NCBI RefSeq assembly: GCF_000181795.1
Contig: NW_003526945.1
Coordinates: 3,503,116-3,567,115 of the forward strand
Direction: 5' to 3'
DNA: 64,000 nt
DNA from: Trichinella spiralis
Taxonomy: Eukaryota
In this document: positions 55,234 through 64,000 of the stretch, one piece after another
How positions within the stretch are numbered: the stretch's first letter is position 1
Layout: every line of letters begins with the position of its first letter
The notes under the pieces: generated by a model
What the model was told of the DNA's origin: nothing
Databases searched by the model: none
Seen by the model: the letters and a program-made list of their open reading frames with translations, nothing else
Translations under genes and position numbers: made by a program

Positions 55234-58200
55234 TCATTTCCATTTCTGTTGACGAGGCATCATTTCAAAAAATATCTGCCGCTGCAAAGCGGCGGCTGCG
55301 TTTCGTTGCTGCTGTTGCAGCTGTTTGAGGAAGTCTCGGGGCAAATTTTGCATCCAATTCGGAGGCAAGCCGGCAGCGGCCACGGCCGCCGCCGCAGCCG
55401 CGGCTGCCGGGAAACGACTGGCCATCAAAGGGTTCCAGCCGACGCCCATCATCTGAGGGTTGAAGCCCAGTGGTAAATTCGCCAACGGGTTGTACGAGCC
55501 GGCCAAATTGCCGGCGGCAGCCGCCGCGGCCGCGGCCACGCTGGCGTTCCGTATAGCGCTGCTGATCGACTCGGATATGGCGTCATTGGCGCTGGTCGGG
55601 GCATACGACGACGGACCGCCAACCAATTTGTTGCTATTGTTGGCACTGCCAACTGTGTTGTTGTTGTTGTTGTGGGTGGTGGTGGGAGTGGTGGGATTGG
55701 TAGTTGGGCCGACGCCGGTGAAGCCACCGACCGTTGGCGTGCCGTGCGAATTCATGGTCACGTTGCCGGCGACACTGGGAGTTGTACCACCAACGTTCGG
55801 TGGTGGAACAACGCCAGGGTTCAAACCGCCCACGCCAGCACCGACACCGCCGCCCATGCCGGTGGTATTCAACACGGGCGACATGGAAGCCGCCGCCGCC
55901 GACTGCAAGTTCATCAACGAAGACATGACAAACGAACCGTCCTGTATTTGGCGGTCAATCTCCTGTTCTTGTTGCAAGGCGCGCATGAAAGCCTGCTTGA
56001 GGCGGCTCGTGTGTTCGGCTTTGAGCAGCTTACGCTGGTTGGTGCGAATGCACTGTTCGCAAGTAATGCTGCCGAGGTGGATCTTCCAGCAGGGCGTGAA
56101 GTCGACAAGACACTGCGAGCAGCGGAACGGGGTCTGCACTTTGGACTTTTGGAAAGGAAGTCGCGTGATGGGGGTCATGTCTACCGGCTCGGCATTTTCC
56201 TTCTCTTTTGGCGATGTCGGCGAGAGCTTACCGTGCCGCTCTTTGATCGCCATCACGCGCTGGACCACCTCGTCCAAACCGAGCAAGTACAAAAAGTCGG
56301 GCTGGTTGGGATTCGGGATGAAATCCATTTCCGGCGGCGGCGGCTTGGGCGGCGGTATCTGAAGCAGGGTCTTTTCGAGCTGTTTGCGCAAGGCGAGCTT
56401 GGCCGCGGCGCTGCGCTGGGCCGGCGTTTGGCCGCTGTCAACGAAGCCGGCCTGCTTGGCAGCCTGAGCGGCCGCTGCCTGGGCGGCGGCCTGCGCTGCC
56501 GGCATGCCCTTTCCCTGAACACCGGCAACGCCGGAAGCCGGGTGCTTGGACGCGGACGGACCGAACTGACCGCCGGGTCCCGCGAAATTCGGCACGCCCT
56601 TGGCGCCTCTGCCGACCATTTCCATGGGACAGCCGTTCTTCTGCATCGCCGCCGCCGCGGCAGCAGCAGCGGCGGCCGCGGCCGCTGCGGTCGAATGGCC
56701 TGATTTGAAATTAGCCGGTGTGGCCACGGGTGGACAATAAGCCGACGGTCTGCCGGCGCCCCCCTGCAGTTCGTAACCCGGTACACGGCCCATGGCTACC
56801 ATCGGCTGGCTGAACTGAGAATAGACCTGTCAAAATGTCAAAAACAACGTCAACTGCAAAACTGTCGCACATCGAACACAAAACACCGGGCTACAATATT
56901 CCAAAAGCAAAAGCAAAAGCAAGGCTTATCTATCTGCGGAAGCATTTTCCACAAACTAGCTGTACAATAAATAATAATAATGCACCAAAAACAACCAAAC
57001 ATACAACAACAATAACAACAACGACAAAACATTCCACCGGTGTTAATTGGGTATTTTTTCTTCTCTCTTTTCACCAAATCGTCAACCGAATATCAATCAC
57101 CACAATTTTTAAAAGTAACAATTAACGATCAAAATTAATAATAAATTCAAAAAAAAAATTCTTTCTTCAAATTGGTTGCGCATTTTACAACCACGTTCAG
57201 TATGATTCACGCTGGCTTCAACGGCTGGCTATGCTGATACACTGACAACTGGAGGAAAATTGCAAAACTGAATAGCTAGCTATGGGGTTATTATTATCAT
57301 ATAAAAAACAAAATTAATCACCCCACCCCCAATCTGTCCATTTCTTCATCACTGCTCACTTTGGTTGGATGTTCTCCTCCACCCTGTGCCGTTGAAAAAT
57401 ACAAAGAAACCAGCCTCACCCGTTCATCGGATAGAAATGTACAAATTTGAACAATCAATAAGGTCGAATAATAATGACGATGATGATTCACAATTGTTGA
57501 ATTGAAATGATAATCGATTGTTTTCTTTTTTTTTCCGGAATTTTCATAAATTTCTCAATAATTTTTCTTCAACTAGCTGCTAATGGGTATGAAGAATATG
57601 ATAGCGAAATTCAACACTGGCTTACTTGGTCTGCTTTTCGTTTTCGACAGTGAACAATTTCTGGAAAACCGACCAACGACCACGATGACGACGACATTCG
57701 TGAACAGAAAATTTTCCAATTGAACAACAAAATGCGAATCTATCAACTCTGCTGTATCAAGCGACTGGCGATTCAACGCCGAACAAAATGAGAATACAGC
57801 GACCCAGCAGCAGCAGCAGCAGTATAGCAATGAAAAATAACATGTCCAAGCAAACAAAACTACCCACCAATAGTAGTAGTAGTAGTATTACTATTTTCCC
57901 ATATGTGTGCACGCATATATAAATGTGTATATATATACGTATAATCTATAGTGTTACATTGAACTGTGACAAAGCAATGGCAATTGAAACAAATCGTGTA
58001 AACACTGAGAAAAAATATTTCTTCTTTTTTTTCGCTTAAGCTTTTTCATTCCAACTTTCACAACATATGGAAAAAAAATTTTCCTTTCACAGAAATTCGT
58101 AAAATTGCAAAAAAATTGTTGCCTATTTTTTTCTTCTTTTCGATAACTGAGCTCATTGTTGTTCACAAATTACATTCTGCATCAACTAAAGTGAAAAAAA

Positions 58201-61200
58201 CCAAAAAGGAGACAAAAAATATTCCAAATATACACATTATACAAATTTCATTTTTGTAAATTGTATCTTATGACTACTGCAGCTGCTGCTGGTGCTTTTT
58301 CTCATTTTGTCGTTCACTTTTGCACAGCACACAGATACATGTGTTGAGATGATTTTTATCAAACTGAAGTTGAAGTTAGTTGGAATTCATCTCTTATCCT
58401 TTTTTTTCTCTCTCCTTTCCTCCTCCCCCTAATGTTAAAGTCGGTAAGTCGAAATTTTGATTTAGCTTTTTTCCGCTTTTCTATCAAAACATCATACACA
58501 TATATACAACACACAACACCACAACTAACCCATTTCTGGGTTCACACGTTAGGCTCCTCCGTTCTGTTTATTTCAAATTAATTATAATTTTAAGAAGCGC
58601 TCGTCAATCGGCAATGTAGTCCAATTGTCGAGCTAATACAGTATACATATATTTTTATTATTAATACTCAATCGTTCTAATATAATTTCACCCAAATCAG
58701 GGGAAAGGAATGCTGCAAAATGCTTCAAACTGTAAGTATTCCATGCACCCAATACATACACTATCGTCAGGATATCCTCCCCAAAATAATACCTGTATAA
58801 AACCAAACAAAAAAGATAATTTAAAATAATCGAACATGCAAAATACCTTGACAGGTAATTGTTGACTGAGGTGCATTCTCTTCAAGATGACGAGTCGTGC
58901 TTCTTCGGCACGTAACAAGCTCCGCAATTCGTTCAACATTTTTTCCCGTTCAATCCTCACTTCATCACTCAGTTCACTCGTTTTAAACTGAAAAAAAAAA
59001 CAAAAATAAGAACATATATTTCCAAAAACAACAGTATCTATGTATAGGGATGTGTATATGTGATTACTATCATTACTTTAATGTACTGAGCGCGCAACGC
59101 TTCTACTTCACTTGGGTGCAATGCTGAGACTTCACTGTCATCTGACAACACTACCACCTCACCGTCGTCCTCTTCTTGTATAACAAAGTGACAATCCGAA
59201 GGATCTGGTAACGTTTCAATTACAAGTCTGCGTTTCTTTTTCGGCTTTGATGACCAATCATTTTCCAAATTGGACCTCTGTGTAAATGGAAATGAAAATG
59301 AACTTGAAAATTTGAATTATTAAAAAAGAAATCAACACTCACAACATTTCCAACATGAAGGCCAGTTTCGTCGTCGTAGTCCATTTCCAAACCATCGCCC
59401 GTATAGTTATCACCTTCGAGTACATCTCTGAATTCACCACGCATGCGCTCCTGAGCCCGTTTGGCGCTAGCACGCTGGCTTCTCCTGAGCAATCCCGGCG
59501 ACGGCACGCCTTCTTTCGGCACTGCCGTATCGGCAACTTCTTCTCCTGGCGTTTCGGGACTCTTCGAATCTTCGCCCGAATTTGCCGTTGTCGGTTCTGC
59601 ATTATTCCTCTGTTCCGCATCGTTCTCTTCTCCACTAACCTCCCTCGACGAATTATTATCATTATTATTCTCCTCTACATCGTCGTCATTACTATTATTA
59701 TTATTATTATTATTGTCGTCTGCATTATCCTTTTCTTCTACTATAGTCAACTGAAACGAAAAAAAATTCATTTAATTTGCAACAGAACACAATAATTTCC
59801 AGCAACAACAAAAACAACAATCAACCAATCACCTAATTAACTATTTGCATATTATTCTCTTATTTCCAATATTACTTGGCGCGTCTCTCTATTCTGACAA
59901 GTTCAAATCATGAGCTCTGCTTGCATTGGGCAAAAGTAAATTTAAAAAAGAAAAAAAAACTTAACAGCAACGCAAAACCCAATAAAAGACAGACTCTGCA
60001 CTAGTATAATTTAAAAAAAAATATTGCAAATTCGAGCCTCAGAAAAATGCCGCCTGTGAAAAAGCACGCCATTTGCACACTTTGCCGTATTTTTTCTTTT
60101 GTAAAATCCACGCGTTGCATTTCATCGCTCACACACAATGCGCACAAATAGTTTCTCCTTTTGTTAAATTAACACAACACAATAGAAATGCAAAAAAGAA
60201 ATCATTATTCCACTGAACACACGAATTCGTTGTTGTTTTATACATGAAATTATATTAATCCTTTTCTTCTTCTTTATTAATATGAATTAATTTTAAAAAA
60301 AAATTTCCGTTCAAATCTAGTAACATTTGACGAGCCAACCACGCTTGGTTCCGCATTCTTGCAAATAATAAATCAACTAGCAGCAAATCGCTTTGCAAAA
60401 ATGGTTCACAAAATCTGGCCAACCAAATCGTCGTCGTCGGCGGCAGCAGCAGCAGAAACAAGCTTTCCCATCGTGACACGCTTGTATGCAATTTCTAGCC
60501 ATTTCTCTCTCTCTCTCTCTCTCTCTCGTCCCTCGGGCAAAAAAAGTACAATAATACAACACTACACTTTCCATAACTAGCCTGGCCTCGTTGTTAGCCA
60601 CATCCACAAACAAACAGAAACATGATCCTATTATTATTATTATTAATTATCGACATATCTTTCTCCACGTTTTGTCCTCCTGAAAACTCTGTTTAGCAAC
60701 AACAACAACAACAACAACAACAGCGTATCAATTTTCCAATCTTTTCCACATGCTTTTTCCATAAAAAAAATTTTTTCTCTTCTCTCATCATGTTGTCAGT
60801 TTAGAAAGAAAAATTTCAACCACAATACGGCATACTGTGATAGATGGTCATTTGACAGAATAAAATAGCATAAAAAGCAGCAGGGTAGAATAAATATAAT
60901 AAATGACATTCTTGTTCGTCGTTCTCTTCTTCCCAACCGGACCAAACCGGAAGCCTAGTTCACCAATTAAAAGAGCAGCAAACGTTGGCCGACATCAGCG
61001 CCCTCAGACGAGCAAATTAACCGCAAGCTTGCATTCCATAACGCTAGCAGCTAAACACTACTTATCAAAACAGGCCGAAAGTTGAAAAGTCATGAACATA
61101 ATTATGCTATTATGTACATGAACTTGCATTCTCATTTCCAAGATGAGTCTTTGTTCCACTAAAATAAGCAAGCTTCCCAACAAAAGATAATGACAAATAA

Positions 61201-62372
61201 ATAAAATTCATCAAAAAAGCAAAAGAAATCAATGTCTCAGAAAAGATGACAAAACAAAACTGCTTTCATGAACCGAAAAACACACACATATATAAATATA
61301 TATATAATAAAATTGAACACGTCAAGGCCAATTTTTCAGCAGCACACTTTTCAATAGTGCGGTCGAAATCGATCAGTAGCAAGTCGATGAAGCTGAGCTT
61401 ATTTTTTACAAGAAAGCAAAAAAACAAAACAAAACAAAAAACGGATTGGTAAAAAAAAGAGATGCACTTTGACGTTTCTCCCCAATGGTCGAAATGCACG
61501 AAACGTGAGAGACAGAGAGAAGAAGAGAGATGAAAAATGTGAAAAGAACCGGCGCACGGCCGGCGGCCGGCCTGCTTGCCTGCCGGCCGTGTGTTTGTCT
61601 GTGTTGAAAAAGCTCGCGGCGGCGAGCCGAGCGTGAAATGCAGTCGCCCGACAAACGCTAGCTAATAAACCAAACAACCGCACTGACGTCGTAGGCGTTG
61701 CTTGCTTGCCTGCTTGCTTGTGCGAAGTGGAAGAAATCAAACCGTCCACTGCTGGCTGTCAACAAACACAACTGAAACTAGCAACACAACCGCAATAGCA
61801 AAACTAGCTGTTGATAGACACACACAAAAAATGAAAAATATAAATTAATGTTGAAAAGGATATATTAAAGGGAAAAAAAATTATTTTTTTAATGCATTCT
61901 TTAATATCTCTGAAACGTAATCAGCAAGGAAGGGTAAAAACACACAAAGCAAAGCTCCATGATAATCTCGCATAACTGAATCACACCAGTGTGTTGTGTT
62001 AGTGTGCTATGAAAGCAAACAACGCCACTGTGTGAGTAGTATGTAAGCCTTGGGCAGAAGGGGCAGAAAATCAGCCAATCAGGCGATGAAATAGCAACGC
62101 TTTTTCTCATTTCAAATTTAAAAAAATATTCAAATCGAAAATTTGACAAAATACAGTAAGCTACTCTCTTTCTCGCTCTCCCTTAGACATACACACACAA
62201 AATAACAACAACAACAATTGATGACTGAATGCGCGCGCTGCAAAGATTCCCAGCGTTGCATATTGGTAGAACAAAATCGCGCCAAATTTACCTGATCTGC
62301 AGAAGGCTCTGCTACTGCAACAACACTATCCACTTCTGATTCTTCTGCCAATGGGACAGCAACAGCGTCCAT
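55234..62372 (-). CDS. GATAD2: Transcriptional repressor p66 / GATAD2 (NuRD subunit; C. elegans DCP-66-like)
   Basis: Exons 62292-62372 (MDAVAVPLAEESE...; start inferred from phase), 59343-59750 (acidic/Asn-rich), ~59077-59277 (VVVLSDD), ~58847-58987 (CR1 coiled coil EKMLNELRSLLRAEEARLVILKRMHLSQ) and 55234-~56827. The last exon has CR2 (AAAKLALRKQLEKTLLQIPPPKPPPPEMDFIPN...FLYLLGLDEVVQ) and the GATA-like finger (CSQCLVDFTPCWK...CEQC...KAEHTSRLKQAFMRALQQEQEI). Confidence 0.92.
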
Positions 62373-63620
62373 AACTGACTACCAACGGAACTTCGACCCG
62401 ATGGAGACAAGACGCCAAAGAACCGACTGTTCTACAGTATACTACTGGTACATGAACCAAGTTTATGTGAACCTCAGGTAACACAAGCACAAAATCTACT
62501 TTAAATTACATTCCTGATAATAATAGAACAAAACAAATGCTTTGGAGAAATACAATTGTTTTTTTTATAATTTGTATTATTTTTAATTATTTAATGAAAT
62601 GACAATTAATTTTTTTTTCACAAGTAAACAACCTCATTTGACCCACTTTTGATCTATTACCTGAGGAAATTGTTTGCACTGGTGACTTGACGCTTTTATG
62701 TTGAACGATAAAATAATAGCTGAAGGCTTTGTTCGCAAAATTCTTCCTGAATATTTCAGAAACACAATACAGAACTCAAATTCTACTGTATATGCGTGCA
62801 TAGATTTTCAAAAGATGGATAACCGTTGAAAATTGTCAAACGTTAAACAGAAATTCTCTTTTCTATTGAACAAATCAATAACAATAATAACCTTTCGCGA
62901 GAGCACTAATTTGCCAAAAAGCATTCTTGTTGTTGTTGTTGTTGCTGTTGAAATTACTTTATTTTATTGAAACAATTCTTTTATTAAATTAATTTCTGCT
63001 TTTATTTAACATTTTATATTTACTATTATTATGATGCTGTTGTTTTTAATCAACTTTAAATAATTCCATTTTGAAATACATTGAAACAACTCAAATCAAT
63101 CTGTTTGAGTGGAAAATGCGAATAAATTTTTTTTTATTCAACTATCTTCGTAGGTACTTAGAAGTGTTTTATTGAAATTTTCATTGCTGGTCATTCATTC
63201 AAAGCTTGCATTCACCGCATGCCAATTATATTTAACCTCTGTGATTATTTGCAAAAACTTTCACATCAAACAAAAATATTCGACATTTCAAAATTAAATA
63301 CCATTTTGCAAGTATGATGACAATATTACACTGCAAAACAGTTTTTCGTTATTGCAATTGAAATTTGCTAGATGTCAGCAATGCGCGACTATAATCAAAC
63401 AACAATTTCATTAACACAGCCAGCAGGTAATTTATTGACATTTATTCTGAACAAATTCGTAATTTAATCGTAAACAAGCAATATGCATTTACGTATCACT
63501 TTTGACTGCGACGATGACGTGCTTGATACATCATCTAAAAATATAAGAGTTTAATAAAATTTAAATTGGAAAAACTGAACAACAATACGATCGAAACAAT
63601 TACAAATACAAGCCAAGTAC

Positions 63621-64000
63621 CTTCAACTTCACCATGCGCGATGTACACTGTTTTTTCTGCAGTAGATTCTTCAAAATGTTTTGATTCGAACAATAATCTC
63701 AATTCTTCGTCAGTCGACAGTGCCGCTGCCATAGCCCATGGATCAATTCGACTCCGTTTCAATTTCTTTGCGGCAGTTCCACTGATATCTACTAATTCAG
63801 CGAGCAAATATTCCAAAACGGCAGATAAGTAAACAGCAGCACCAGCGGACACTGACAACTCGGGAAACCTGTCTTGAACAACGTCTTGAATTACTTCATA
63901 TGGAATAATAAAATCGCCATCTTCATTGCTTTCAATTTCGCTGGCTGGATTATGAAACTCATTCGTATGTGGGATCATTTCTGGGTCCACTTCAGCACGA
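63621..64000 (-). CDS. Divergent histone H2A-fold protein (partial: 5' end outside the window; probably continues via an exon starting at ~63535)
   Basis: VSAGAAVYLSAVLEYLLAELVDISGTAAKKLKRSRIDPWAMAAALSTDEELRLLF aligns with canonical H2A [55 protein letters not shown]. GT donor after GEVE at 63621. The frame is open to the window edge. Confidence 0.8.

Noticed and set aside
55460..56786. Long + strand and alternative-frame ORFs (300, 343 and 177 aa)
   Set aside because: Shadow ORFs of the GC-rich GATAD2 exon.

Overview
AT-rich, intron-containing eukaryotic DNA from a nematode. Evidence: cuticle collagens, many short introns with TTTCAG/TTTAG acceptors. Composition and gene style suggest a clade I nematode such as Trichinella, but that is inference. 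I built gene models by hand from GT/AG junctions and reading-frame continuity; internal exon boundaries are approximate. Left to right: an assembly gap (1956-2600); a secreted MEGF6-like EMI/EGF protein ending in an RGD tail (-); an orphan coiled-coil protein with an acidic, Phe-cluster tail (candidate synaptonemal-complex protein, -); an SLC13/INDY-type carboxylate transporter (-); agrin, which stops abruptly in its 8th follistatin domain with no LamG exons visible (-); a tandem dpy-2/dpy-10-like collagen pair head-to-head with agrin (+); a small orphan coiled-coil gene (-); GATAD2/p66 of NuRD (-); and the 3' part of a highly divergent, intron-containing histone H2A-like gene running off the right edge (-). 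The most interesting items are the divergent H2A-like gene, the SYP-4/SIX6OS1-like candidate, the truncated agrin, possible deep agrin/dpy-2/dpy-10 microsynteny, and clusters of nuclear-receptor half-sites. I saw no CRISPR array, rRNA, intact tRNA or recognisable transposon.
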